Below are positions 9,977 through 20,632 of a DNA stretch of 64,000 nt, one piece after another; within the stretch, counting starts at the first letter, position 1; each line of letters begins with the position of its first letter. The DNA comes from Vairimorpha necatrix (lineage: Eukaryota). Made by a program: the position numbers and the translations under genes. The notes beneath the pieces were generated by a model that saw only the letters and a list, made by a program, of their open reading frames with translations, was not told the DNA's origin and searched no databases. Location: assembly GCA_036630325.1 (NCBI GenBank), contig CP142726.1, forward strand, positions 1,240,001-1,304,000, in the 5' to 3' direction.

Positions 9977-11649
9977 AAGAGTAAATTGGACAGAATAATC
10001 GAAATAGATGCCACATCACAAGAAAATCTACAGCAAGTAGAAAATTATATGTTAAGCAAGTATGATGGGCTAAAGATGCCCAAACACCCTGGTCCCTCAG
10101 ATGGTGTTCACTTTATTTTTTCGAACCCCAAAATTGATGTGCAAAAAAAAGGAGGAGCAAAAAGGAGACAAAAATTCCTAGCAACTTAAAATATTAAAAA
10201 TATAAAATAAATATATATTTGAATACAGAATTTAATCTTAGATTCGTTTATTAGTCAAAAGACATTTTAATTATATTTTCGTTCATATTTTTAGAATTAT
10301 TTCTTTTAAAAACAAATAAGTTTATTCAAGGCGTAATATGTTTTTTGGTCCTATATCTAACTGGGATTCCAAATTTACAGCTGCCCACATTCCTTCGATG
10401 TGGCTAGTGTGTACACCTGTCGTCAAATATACAAAACCAATAGAGTGGTTTACAGTAAAATGTCTGTATATGCCAAACTTGGAAAGGTTTGCGTATCCTT
10501 TCTAACAATTTGTATATATGCTTCTTCCTGCTTTAATATATTTGAGAATTACACTTTCTAATGTAATTGCCTTTCTATTGTCTACTTCTATTAACACTAT
10601 TTTTATATGTGTGGTCCTTTCAAACATCCCAAGAACCCATACTCCATCGACTTTATGTCCTCTATTTTTTTTACCGAACTTAGATTCGTCTATTTCAACT
10701 ATGATGTCTCGCCCACTAATCATTTCATTGCTTTTTAGGTCTTTTGTAATGTTTTTTTATCGTTCTATATACCGCCTTTTTACTTATTGATAATATTTTA
10801 ATTATCGTTTAAGCAGGGGTATTTTTTATAAATAGAAATTTTGCTTGCCTTATTTGTAACCAACTTAATTTTGTTCGAAAAAAGGTTTTTTATATATTAA
10901 AGGCATTTCAAACCTACATCTTTTTTTACTACATCTTAGAAGATGTTGTTTATCTGTTGTCTTTTTCATAGTTCACGACATTTTGGACAAAATATCTCTA
11001 ATATGCATGATTCTATGCATCTAAGCATGATTTCTTCTACGTCTTTATATTTTTCTTCTGACATTTATTTAAGAGTAGGGGCAAATAAACAAAATTTAAA
11101 GTGAACTATGAAAAATTTTATAGGCTCAAAAATCATGTATTAATAAAGATGAGATGGACTGCCTGGGCCAAAATTAAATTATGTATTCAAATATATATTT
11201 ATTTTATATTTTTAATATTTAAAGTTGTTAAGAATTTTTGTCTCCTTTTTGTTCCTCCTTTTTTTTGAACTTCAATTTTGGGGTTCGAAAAAATAAAGTG
11301 AACACCCTCTGAGGGGGGAGTTTCGGATCTTTCCTCCGTATGATGCCCTTGCGAACGTTCTGGGCATAATATATGGTTTTAAAACAGAAATAATATCCTT
11401 CATAATCACTTGGGACGGTATAATGACTGATTTCACAAATCTTATACCACAAGGCTCGAACTCCCTAAGAAGGTAGAAGCGTACATCCAGATGATCACGC
11501 TAAAGAAGACGCTATAGAGCATTTATCTGGACTAGTGAAGGAGAGGAGACGAAGCCGATGTGGAAAAAATTATGGAGCAGGAGACGCTAACGCGGAAACT
11601 ATCCTTGTTAAAGCAGAAGTATAAACCACATAAAGAAGGCCCTAATTAT
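9977..11649 (+). mobile_element. 5'-truncated RLE non-LTR retrotransposon (second subfamily), interrupted by Merlin
   Basis: IIEIDATSQENLQQVENYMLSKYD resumes after the Merlin as ALANVLGIIYGFKTEIISFIITWDGI...VEAYIQMITLKKTL. Imperfect 21-bp flanking repeat at 9956-9976 and 11650-11670. Confidence 0.8.
10068..11337 (-). mobile_element. Merlin DNA transposon, full-length, transposase pseudogenised
   Basis: TIRs of ~165 bp beginning GG (10068-10233, 11176-11337). 8-bp TSD GTATGATG at 10060-10067 and 11338-11345. Transposase from ATG 11064 with CPKC, IVEIDESKFGK, GVWVLGMFER and H.TVNHS, broken by stops and frameshifts. Confidence 0.95.
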
Positions 11650-11781
11650 ATATATATTTGGTTTTAAGAACAAAATATCTAGTCTTTCCAACAACAACAA
11701 TAATTGCTATAATTAAATTTAAATAATATTCTAATACTTATTTTTTTTGATAATAGCTATCCAATGACTGTTATAATTTCA

Positions 11782-13264
11782 AGAGCATTTGCATTATATT
11801 ATCTATTTACATATATAAATAAGATAATTAGCCTTTTTTCTTAAATATGAACTGAAATGCGAGAAGCAAAGACCCCAAAATCAATTTATATCAAAATATC
11901 ATGATAACCCAAATTAAAAAAACAATTCTTTTATACTTTTTGCACGTTTCCATCTTTCACATATTTAACAACCTCTATCTTATTTATGGTTTGCAATGTA
12001 AAAAAAGATAAGACTCGATATATGCTTGACTAAATCATATTGCAAATACCAAACCAATGTTATGAATGATATTATGTAAGAATAAACAACTATATAAATA
12101 ACTAATATTTTCATTTAAAAAGGTTAATATAACATATCTATAAAATTAATTTAAGCAATTTAAAATGCTTAAAAGAGCAAAGGTATTGCACTTTTCTTAT
12201 CTATTCATCTAAAAACCCAATGAAGTACTAAAAAGAACAAATAAGTTTTAATACTGAAAATTTTAATAGCCAAATCTATTATCTTTAGTGTACAACATAA
12301 ACTGATGTAAACATTTTCACAATAACAGAGGGCAATTTAGATTACGAAAAAATTAAAAAAGGCACAAAATATTGTTACAAATTTGGGCTTTACTTGAACA
12401 CATATTACAAAAAAAAACATTTTTAAAAATGATTTATAATAAATAATACATTTGGGTATAAATATTATCTTACTTACTAATTACTTTTCACAAGCTATAC
12501 TCACAATTTCCTCTAAAAGTTCCCGGAGATCCTCCTGAAATCTACGCACTGTACTTTCAAATACTCCTTCCTGTTCAGTATCAGGCCCATGTCTGATTGA
12601 CATAGTTAGGCTTTCTAAAGTCATTTTAAGGACTCTTTTCTGTATATATACTTCCGTATTGGATTCTAATCGGAGCTCTTTGATATGCGAGCGGTGGAAA
12701 TTAGCTACTATTCCCAGTAAGTCATCAAATAAGGAATAATTTTTGGCTTGTATTTATAGAGAGAAGTCACATAATTTGCAAGCAAGTCGTATTTATGTTT
12801 CTGCCGCATGAAGGTTGTTAAAGCTTATGATTCCAACTTCAACATGATCAAATTTTTCCTCAACTTGTCCACAATTAGTATATCAGGCTTGTTAAACTTT
12901 ATTTTGATACTTGAATATATCCTAGTGTCAACTCTTATCTCAACATACTCATTGGCTACACATTCTTGGACTGAATGATTTCTAATTCTTTAAGCACGGA
13001 ATAATCCATACGTCTTACATAACTGCATGTGTATGCATCGCAGTGGCGTCTCATGCAATATGTGAAAACATACGATCGGATGGCCATATAATCTAAAATG
13101 ATTTATAATAATGTTTTATTGTCAAATATTCTCAAATTTTTTTTTTTGCGATGTAAAGTTTTGATTGTTCCTTGCCGCTCTGGGCGTCTCGACTTTTGAA
13201 AGCAGGGCGTAAAATCAAAAGTTTTGTTTTTTACTGGCAAAGAAGTTCATATCGAAAAATGCCC
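11782..13264. mobile_element. Non-autonomous TIR element, copy 1 (carries a non-LTR insertion)
   Basis: Colinear similarity with 57430-58279: AATATAACATATCTAT, CTAAAAA(C/A)CCAATGAA, ACAACATAAACTG and TGTTCCTT.CCGCTCTGG.CG..TCGACTTTTGAAA. The left end is eroded. Confidence 0.65.
12443..13094 (-). mobile_element. 5'-truncated RLE non-LTR retrotransposon (endonuclease domain and 3' end)
   Basis: Reads LRCIHMQLCKTYG, NHSVQECVANEYVEIRVDTRI, NKPDILIVDK..VEVGI, KYDLLAN and YIQKRVLKMTLESL, i.e. a PD-(D/E)xK RLE. Perfect 17-bp TSD AAAATGATTTATAATAA at 12426-12442 and 13095-13111. Confidence 0.9.
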
Positions 13265-13458
13265 CCTAAATCATATAAATTACACTAGATATTATATAGT
13301 TTTCCTGTTATATTTATCAATATCTATCTTTTTTACTCCTTGATTAATAAATTCGGCCTTCTTTTTGGTATTTTTGAATTTTTAAATTAATTATGTTTAT
13401 AATGTTATATTCTATGCTAACTTATTTATTATGTATCTTTTGTGTTCATGTTTTGAAA

Positions 13459-13462
13459 CCCC
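13459..13462 (+). promoter_or_regulatory. Microsporidian CCC-like start-proximal motif (one example; recurs before most core genes)
   Basis: CCC(C) after an A/T tract lies within ~15 nt of the ATGs at 3602, 13464, 14537, 15880, 18574, 20633, 23181, 28527, 29743, 30055, 32204, 33835, 38722, 44867, 48776, 51145, 51378, 54606 and 59607. GGGG lies before 39771. Confidence 0.8.
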
Positions 13463-13463
13463 A

Positions 13464-14168
13464 ATGGATAAAGATATCAATTTTGCTCAATTACAAAAAT
13501 CTGACAAAAAAGTCATAGTCGGCATTGATGAAGCAGGCAGAGGCCCTGTTCTCGGATACATGGTTTATTGTGCGATGGTATTTGAAATAGACAATATTCC
13601 TAATGAACTAAAAGATTCTAAACAGTTGACAGATAAATCTCGTCGGCGGCTTTTTAGTCAATTACAAGACTATAATTTTGCCTATAAAGCTCTACATCCC
13701 AGTAATATTACAAGTAGGATGCTTTCCCAAGAAAACTTGAATAATATTTCTTGGTTTACAGTAGTCGAATTATTAACATTAGTAACTGATAAATATTCTA
13801 ATATAGAGTGTATTTACGTCGATACTATCGGAAATTGCGACCAATTAAAGCGTTTTTTGGAGCTTAAATTTCCCAATAAGATTGTCGTAGAGCCGAAGGC
13901 TGATGTAAAATATCCAGTAGTATCTGGAGCAAGTATAATTGCCAAGGTTGTGAGAGATGACGCCCTGTCCAAATTTCCGGGGAATTTGGGGTCAGGTTAT
14001 CCTGGGGATCCTAATACTAAATTATGGCTGAAGAATAATATCAATGAATTATTTGGATGGGGCTCAAGCGTGAGATACACATGGGCCACAGTAAAAAACA
14101 TGTTAGGTTATAATAAATCGCGCCATTTTAGTGGACGACTGGCGGGATATTTTATGCATAGTGAATAA
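13464..14168 (+). CDS. RNH201: Ribonuclease H2 catalytic subunit A
   Basis: Motifs GIDEAGRGPVLG, DSK, YVDT, KAD..YPVVSGASIIAKV.RD and GSGYP.DP. Start placed at the ATG after CCCCA. Confidence 0.95.
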   Translation: MDKDINFAQLQKSDKKVIVGIDEAGRGPVLGYMVYCAMVFEIDNIPNELKDSKQLTDKSRRRLFSQLQDYNFAYKALHPSNITSRMLSQENLNNISWFTVVELLTLVTDKYSNIECIYVDTIGNCDQLKRFLELKFPNKIVVEPKADVKYPVVSGASIIAKVVRDDALSKFPGNLGSGYPGDPNTKLWLKNNINELFGWGSSVRYTWATVKNMLGYNKSRHFSGRLAGYFMHSE

Positions 14169-14342
14169 CTTAGCCATTGCAAATAGAGTAGTTATTTACC
14201 TGACCTACATTCTTTGGCCTTTCTGCGTTCAGATGTTTGGACCTTCACTTAAAGTTATTTTTTTCTGTAGATGAATGCTGTCTTTTGTGATTTGAAGGGA
14301 TTTCTTTTAAGTCGAATTTAAGCCTAAGTTCAGTTTTATCAC

Positions 14343-14510
14343 AATTTTTCGTCTATAAATTTTATGCTAGTTTTAAATAAACAAAAATGTTCCAATTCAG
14401 TTTATGCTAAATTTAAAAATTTTTCAATTTATTCGTCTATGAATTTTATGCTAGTTTTAAATAAACAAAAATGTTCCAATTATGTTTACCTCAATTTAAA
14501 AATTATTTAA
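14343..14510. repeat. Imperfect 84-bp tandem duplication
   Basis: TTCGTCTAT(A/G)AATTTTATGCTAGTTTTAAATAAACAAAAATGTTCCAATT occurs at 14348 and 14432. Confidence 0.9.
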
Positions 14511-14536
14511 ATTTCTTGTCTTTTTTTTAACCCCCA

Positions 14537-15049
14537 ATGGATGAAATTTTAAATCACGTAATAATCCAAATAATAAAAGAAGTGGGTTACGAGTCGGCAA
14601 GTAAAAAGGCCATTTTACTCCTAGCCGACTCTCTTAAAGACCAAATTTCTTCAATCTTGAAAGTTTTACACTGTCACACTTCCCACACTTCCAGACAGAA
14701 TTCGAATATGTGGAACTTGTTAGAAATAATGAGCTATAAATATTTGATCTTTCAAAGTAGACCAAGCCGAGTGTATTATCCTATAAGTCAAGAAGAGCCC
14801 TTAGTGGACTTTAAAAGTCCCCTTTCTACATATTTAGAGAGATACATTCACATTTACGACTTTATGCCCCCTTTCCCCCCTACGCACACTTTCAGGCAGA
14901 CACTTGTAAAAAATAAAGAGAAAGAAGATAAATCAGAATTAGTAAAAACAAGATTAGAACAGAGTTTAAGATCAGAAAGGAATTTATTAAAATTAATAAA
15001 GAGCTCAGGATCTCTACCATCATTTGTGAATTATCTCTACAAAAAATAA
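14537..15049 (+). CDS. TAF8: TFIID subunit TAF8
   Basis: N-terminal histone-fold-like region plus HIYDFMPPFPPTHTF (TAF8_C-type motif). CCCCCA precedes the ATG. Confidence 0.85.
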   Translation: MDEILNHVIIQIIKEVGYESASKKAILLLADSLKDQISSILKVLHCHTSHTSRQNSNMWNLLEIMSYKYLIFQSRPSRVYYPISQEEPLVDFKSPLSTYLERYIHIYDFMPPFPPTHTFRQTLVKNKEKEDKSELVKTRLEQSLRSERNLLKLIKSSGSLPSFVNYLYKK

Positions 15050-15060
15050 GCAACAAAAAA

Positions 15061-15134
15061 ATTAAATGAGAAATGTCAAAATTAAATGAGAAATGTCAAA
15101 TTTAAATGAGAAATGTCAAATTTAAATGAGAAAT
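15061..15134. repeat. 20-bp minisatellite, ~3.7 copies
   Basis: (A/T)TTAAATGAGAAATGTCAAA repeated between the converging 3' ends of TAF8 and SPC25. Confidence 0.95.
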
Positions 15135-15181
15135 TTATAGTGTAAAAATATTAGAAGAATAAATTTCTACTTTATTTTTTT

Positions 15182-15880
15182 TCATTTACAATATTCCTTG
15201 ACAAATTCTTTTCTAATTTCTTTGATCAAATCAAAGAACTTTGTTTTATCTTTCAAACACAATGAATATCTTTCTATGCTCATAATCTTAGGATAAATCT
15301 CCACAATATTGTAGCCATCATTAAAATCTAAAACAACATAACACTCAAATGACTCATCTCTACACAATTTATCAAACAAAACTTTGATTTTATTCCCATC
15401 GACAACTTGGAAATTTATTCCTAAATATTTTCTATATTCCAGAACTTTATTTAATAATTTCATCTCTTTCGTCTTATTTAACTTATTTAATGTGTCAATC
15501 TTCTTCTTTAAGTCTATTACCAAATTCTTCTTACTTTCTAGTGCCTTTTTTATATCAGAATTATTTATTTCTTGTTTCTCGATTTGGCCTCTTAAATCCA
15601 TATTTTCATTTTCTATAATTTTTAGATCTTCCTGGTCATTGTTGATTAAATTTATAATAAAATTCTTCTCGTCTAATAATTTGTTATACTTGTCTTTTAG
15701 GCTTAGATATTTTTTATTTGATTTTGTCTTTTTATTCTCAAAATCAAAGTTTTGTAATTTTATATCATTTTTCATTTGTGAGACGGCCTTTTCTATTTCG
15801 TTTTGGTTTAGTTCGAATTCGTGTTCTATGTCATTGATAATGTTTTTAATTTTATCGACGTTTTTTAATTCTTCGACCAT
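15182..15880 (-). CDS. SPC25: Kinetochore Ndc80-complex subunit Spc25-like
   Basis: Long coiled coil followed by YRKYLGINFQVVDGNKIKVLFDKL...F.CYVVL and FFDLIKEIRKEF (RWD-like Spc25 C-terminus). Start placed after a CCC motif. Confidence 0.7.
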   Translation of the reverse strand: MVEELKNVDKIKNIINDIEHEFELNQNEIEKAVSQMKNDIKLQNFDFENKKTKSNKKYLSLKDKYNKLLDEKNFIINLINNDQEDLKIIENENMDLRGQIEKQEINNSDIKKALESKKNLVIDLKKKIDTLNKLNKTKEMKLLNKVLEYRKYLGINFQVVDGNKIKVLFDKLCRDESFECYVVLDFNDGYNIVEIYPKIMSIERYSLCLKDKTKFFDLIKEIRKEFVKEYCK

Positions 15881-16303
15881 TTTAAAATGGGCAAAAAACA
15901 AATACAAAAGATTAGTGGACACTCAGTTCAAGAGATCATGGAAAACATATTACAAATACCATATTCTTTGTATAATGAGAGGTTTATAATTGACACTTGT
16001 CATGTCTTTAAGTAAAAAATTATTTTGATATTTTTGTAAAAAACTTCTTAGACCAGGCAAAAATGTTGACTACGAAATCAAGAAATGTAAATTTAACTAA
16101 CGCGATATAAGTTTTTAAAGACTACATTGGTAGAATTTAACATTTGAATAGAAAGGTGAAGCAGAAATACACAAAAAAAAAATATTCGTCTCAATAGACA
16201 TATTAAAATTAGATTTTACAAATAAATCTCATTTATTTCAGTTAATTTTTGGCGGGAGTTTTTCCCTCCACTTCCTTTTTAAATTCTTGATGTTTTTTCA
16301 TTA

Positions 16304-18310
16304 ATGTTACTCAAATTATCCCAAGAAACTTCTGAGTTTATAAAATCCCAACAATACATTCAAAACACATTCACAATAGTCAAAGAACTAATAGAAAACT
16401 CTCTAGACGCGAAATCAACCCAAATCAAAATATTTATAGACGACGAAATGATAAAAGTAGACGACAACGGGTTTGGTATAAAAGACTTATCAGAAATAGG
16501 AAACGAAGGCTACACTTCTAAAGAATTAACAACTTTCTATGTTTTAGGCCTCAACTCCGACTCATCAAATTTATCTTGTGGGTACAGAGGCCTGGCACTC
16601 TGCTCAATAAAAAACATGTGTCATTTGGAAATAACAACAAAACATCAAGATCATACGACAGGATACAAGAAAATATTGACTACTAATCAAATTACACCTT
16701 ATCCAAGAGAACGAGGCACGAGTATAAAAATAAGTAAAATTTTTTATAATTGTCCTATTAGAAAAAAACTTAATAAGAAAAATATATCAAGAGATTTGAA
16801 AAATATTGTCAGTTTAATCGACGGGTATAGTAAAATTTATAAGACTAGTTTTATAGTAAAATATAAAGGAAATATTATCAGTAATAAAACGGGTTATGAA
16901 AATTTAGAAGAATATTGTAGAAAAAAGTATAAAAATATATTTGAAGATTCATTATACAGTGAAAACAAAGAATATTTCTTGTTTTTGATACATCAAAATG
17001 GAAATAACGAAGAATCAAATATTTTCTGCGGGAGAAGATTAATAAAATCAAAAAAAATTACAAAAGAAATAAAAAACAACTATAACTTGTTCCACCAAGG
17101 GACGCCGGTATTCTTTTTACAATTAAAAACTCAGAGCGATTTTAACATCTCGCCTGATAAAAGCGAAATTTTATTGGAAAATGAGACTGATATAATAAAC
17201 AAGATTAAAGAAGATATAGTAAAGCATTTTAGTAATCAAATGGAAATTAATAATACTAGTGTATTTGAGAATAAAAAATATAAAGTGAGCGAGGAAGAAA
17301 ATATTAGTAAAAAAATTAAGCAAGAAAATTTACAAATTGAGAATACACAAGAACTTATAGATGAATTTATAAATGAAAAGATACAAAGACAGCATGAGAT
17401 AATCAATGAAGAGACACAGCCTCAAATGGCGACAAACAATAAAGAGACACAAAAAGAACCTGAGATAAACAACATTATAATAAAAGACCACGAATTAAGA
17501 AAGTATGAAGAAGATTCAATCTTGCAAAAAATAGAAGAAAACGGCGAAATAAAATCTAATGAAACAAATCCCTTCATCCTTGAAACTCCTAGAAGTTCTC
17601 ATTTCCAAGACAATTTAATAAATCTTCCTAATGATATTGAAGAATCAATATTAGAAAATTCAGACGACTTCGTCGTAAAAGACACAAGTGTCACGACTTT
17701 AATTTTGGAAGAAACAATCTTCGACTTTATCAATCCAATCACCTCTGAAAATATAAATATAACTATACACAAAAAAGATTTCTACGATATGGAAATCATA
17801 GGCCAATTCAATAAAGGTTTTATAATTACAAAACTACTAAAAAATAATAAGTCATATTTAATAATAATCGATCAACACGCAGCAGATGAAATTTATAATT
17901 ACGAAAACCTTAAACTTACTACTAAAATCATAAAACAGAAATTAATTATTCCTATAGAATTGGATTTGTCGCCTATAGACATTTTATATATTGAAAATAA
18001 TAAGCAGATTTTTAATAATCACGGGTTTGAAATAGAAAACAATAAATTAAAAACTTTGCCAATGTTTAAGGATCAAGAATTTAATGTACAAGATTTTAAA
18101 GATCTTTTAGAAAATATTAAAAATGAAGAATATGAAATAGACAAAATTCATAAGATATTGGCGACTAAAGCGTGTAGAATGAGTACGATGGTGGGGGATA
18201 GTCTTAGTAAAAATGGTATGGAGAAAATAGTAAGAAATTTAGGGTCATTAAAAAAGCCATGGAATTGTCCCCATGGTAGGCCGACTTTTATGGTAGTGGA
18301 TTGTATCTAG
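16304..18310 (+). CDS. PMS1: MutL homolog PMS1 (PMS2-type endonuclease)
   Basis: Motifs VKELIENSLDA, DNGFGI, GYRG.AL, GQFNKGFI, DQHAADE, ACR and WNCPHGRPT. Confidence 0.95.
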   Translation: MLLKLSQETSEFIKSQQYIQNTFTIVKELIENSLDAKSTQIKIFIDDEMIKVDDNGFGIKDLSEIGNEGYTSKELTTFYVLGLNSDSSNLSCGYRGLALCSIKNMCHLEITTKHQDHTTGYKKILTTNQITPYPRERGTSIKISKIFYNCPIRKKLNKKNISRDLKNIVSLIDGYSKIYKTSFIVKYKGNIISNKTGYENLEEYCRKKYKNIFEDSLYSENKEYFLFLIHQNGNNEESNIFCGRRLIKSKKITKEIKNNYNLFHQGTPVFFLQLKTQSDFNISPDKSEILLENETDIINKIKEDIVKHFSNQMEINNTSVFENKKYKVSEEENISKKIKQENLQIENTQELIDEFINEKIQRQHEIINEETQPQMATNNKETQKEPEINNIIIKDHELRKYEEDSILQKIEENGEIKSNETNPFILETPRSSHFQDNLINLPNDIEESILENSDDFVVKDTSVTTLILEETIFDFINPITSENINITIHKKDFYDMEIIGQFNKGFIITKLLKNNKSYLIIIDQHAADEIYNYENLKLTTKIIKQKLIIPIELDLSPIDILYIENNKQIFNNHGFEIENNKLKTLPMFKDQEFNVQDFKDLLENIKNEEYEIDKIHKILATKACRMSTMVGDSLSKNGMEKIVRNLGSLKKPWNCPHGRPTFMVVDCI

Positions 18311-18573
18311 AAATTGGTATGTTTTATCTCTGCTACTTAATATATATATTAAAGGTTAGTATGCATTTAATAATTAAATATATAAACTTAATGTCTATTT
18401 TATTATTTCTTGATAAAAATATATTTCTATGGCTATCTACAAATCAAAAATGCTTAAAATTTTTACTTAAATTAGTTCTAATCATTTTTTACTATGGTTT
18501 ATTTTTTTTGTTTATATTGATTTTTAAAGTTTTGTTTAATTTCTATAACTTTGGCAAAATTTTTTATACCCTA

Positions 18574-20295
18574 ATGAAAGAGAAAACAAACTCGGAAATA
18601 TTGTATGATACATTTGTAAAATATTGTTATAATATTTTATACATTAGATACATCATGGGTCCGATTTTAATCTCTACTATCATAGCCTGTTATTTGGAAG
18701 TTCAGGCAAGTAATACTTCAAAAAACATAGCAGAAGATTTTACTAATAATGTAAGTGCGGGATTGAACATCTTCTTATATTGTTTGTTCTTACTTTCATC
18801 TATAATTCTAAAACAAGTAAATGAAATGGTCTTTAGTGGACCAATACAATATCTCTATAAAATAGTAGGAGTAGAAGCTTTTTTTCATTACATTTCATTG
18901 GATTTGGAAAGTTTTAATAAATTGGGAAGTGGAGAAATACAAACAATTATAGAAAGAAAAAGCAGAGCATACGGGGATATTTTAGAACTTACAACTCTTT
19001 CCGCTATTCCTACTGTCATTATTGTTGTTATGTCATTTTTTTCTGTATATAGCAATCTAGGTGAACAGGCTTTGTACGTAATGCTAGCGACAAGTGGGAT
19101 TTATGTTTACTTTACATTTATATTTTCTATATGGAGAAATAATGTAAGAAGACAATGTAATAAAGCACAAGACAAGTTATCAAATAAATTACAAGATTTT
19201 TTAGCCAACCACGAAACTATAAAAGCATATAACACTGAAGACGGGACTATAAGTTATTTTGATGAGACGCAAAAACCTTTTGAATACTATGGAATCAAAT
19301 CGCACAGAATTCTGTATGCATTATTTTATTTACAAAAAATGACTTTTGCTATACAAGCTATTGTAATTATAACACTAGGATCATTTGGATATTTCCCAAT
19401 AAAATTATCATCACAACAGCTTGTATATTACATTTCTATTAGTAAAACACTTACCAATTCGCTAAATGAAATGGGAATGTTGTACACAAGATATGTGCAA
19501 GGATTTCTTAATGCTAAATCGGGATACTACGATTTCAAGGAAGATAATCAAGTCGACAAAATTAGAGAAATAAAATTTAACGACAAATTAGAATTCAACA
19601 ATGTCTCATTTACATACGAAAATAGGCCGATACTAGTTGATGCGAGTTTTCAAATTAAAAAGGGAGAAAGAGTTGCTATTATTGGTAAAAATGGTACTGG
19701 AAAAAGTACCTTAATGAAACTTTTAATGAAATTTTATAAATGCGAAGGTAAAATTCTCGTTGATGATGTTGATATTGACGACGTATCAGACAGAGGATTA
19801 AGAAAATTATTTTCATATGCGACGCAGAATACCTTTTTATTTGATAATACTGTAAATTACAACATTTCTTACGGTACGAATAAAATATCAGATCGTGACA
19901 TTTTAGAACTAGCGAAGAAAATCGGAGTCTATGACTCGATTTTAGAATTGGGCGATGGATTTCAAACATCAGTCGGAGAAAGAGGAAGACTACTTAGTGG
20001 CGGAGAAAGACAAAAAGTCATGCTCATGAGAGCATTATTAAAAGAATCGGAGATTGTCTTGTTAGATGAACCTACTTCTGCATTGGATAAAGAAACCGAA
20101 TTAGAAGTGATGAATTTTATTTTTAATGAATTTAGAAATCATACTTTTTTAATGATAGCACATAATTTAGAATTGTTGTCATTATTTGATAAGATTTTAT
20201 ATGTTAATAATCAAAAAATTAAAACTATAACAGATGTGAAGACTAAAATCAAAGAGGATCCCTCTTATTTTATGGATATTTTATGTAATGAATAA
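18574..20295 (+). CDS. ATM1/ABCB7-like ABC half-transporter, copy 1
   Basis: TM domain followed by GKNGTGKST, LSGGERQK, LLDEPTSALD and IAHNL. Start placed at the ATG after CCC. Confidence 0.9.
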   Translation: MKEKTNSEILYDTFVKYCYNILYIRYIMGPILISTIIACYLEVQASNTSKNIAEDFTNNVSAGLNIFLYCLFLLSSIILKQVNEMVFSGPIQYLYKIVGVEAFFHYISLDLESFNKLGSGEIQTIIERKSRAYGDILELTTLSAIPTVIIVVMSFFSVYSNLGEQALYVMLATSGIYVYFTFIFSIWRNNVRRQCNKAQDKLSNKLQDFLANHETIKAYNTEDGTISYFDETQKPFEYYGIKSHRILYALFYLQKMTFAIQAIVIITLGSFGYFPIKLSSQQLVYYISISKTLTNSLNEMGMLYTRYVQGFLNAKSGYYDFKEDNQVDKIREIKFNDKLEFNNVSFTYENRPILVDASFQIKKGERVAIIGKNGTGKSTLMKLLMKFYKCEGKILVDDVDIDDVSDRGLRKLFSYATQNTFLFDNTVNYNISYGTNKISDRDILELAKKIGVYDSILELGDGFQTSVGERGRLLSGGERQKVMLMRALLKESEIVLLDEPTSALDKETELEVMNFIFNEFRNHTFLMIAHNLELLSLFDKILYVNNQKIKTITDVKTKIKEDPSYFMDILCNE

Positions 20296-20632
20296 ATTTG
20301 TATACTAAAATTTTTTTTTTTTCATATTAAATTTAAGTGCTGGAATTTTCGCATATAACGATTTATGTTGAGAATAGTAAACATAAGGGGTATTTAATAA
20401 TAAAATTGCTATTTATAGTTATCCATCAATTTGTTTTTTCGGAAATAATATAAAGGGGCGTTTATATAAAAGGAAAAAATCCACATAATAGGGGGTGTTT
20501 GATTTACAAAATTTTAAAAAAAAACTTTTTAGTACGTTTATTTAAAAGTTCAACGTCAAATTACATTTTTATCAATTAACTGTTTTTAGTAAACAAATAA
20601 TCTCAATAAAATACTTGACCCTTTATAAATTA

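Noticed and set aside
9986-10189. 67-aa ORF as a gene
   Set aside because: It is a chimera of a LINE endonuclease fragment and the Merlin TIR.
14193-14205. TTTACCTG as the 5' end of U1 snRNA
   Set aside because: It is not ACTTACCTG, and no U1-70K or U1A loop motifs follow.
15061-15134. CRISPR-like array
   Set aside because: Head-to-tail repeats without spacers, in a eukaryotic context with no cas genes.
15384-15989. 201-aa hydrophobic plus-strand ORF
   Set aside because: It is the antisense shadow of the K/E-rich Spc25 coiled coil. The same applies to the many short F/S/L/I-rich ORFs opposite other genes.
18301-18573. 91-codon N-terminal extension of ABC copy 1 overlapping PMS1
   Set aside because: It starts at TTG in low-complexity AT-rich DNA. 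The CCC motif and paralog alignment put the start at 18574.
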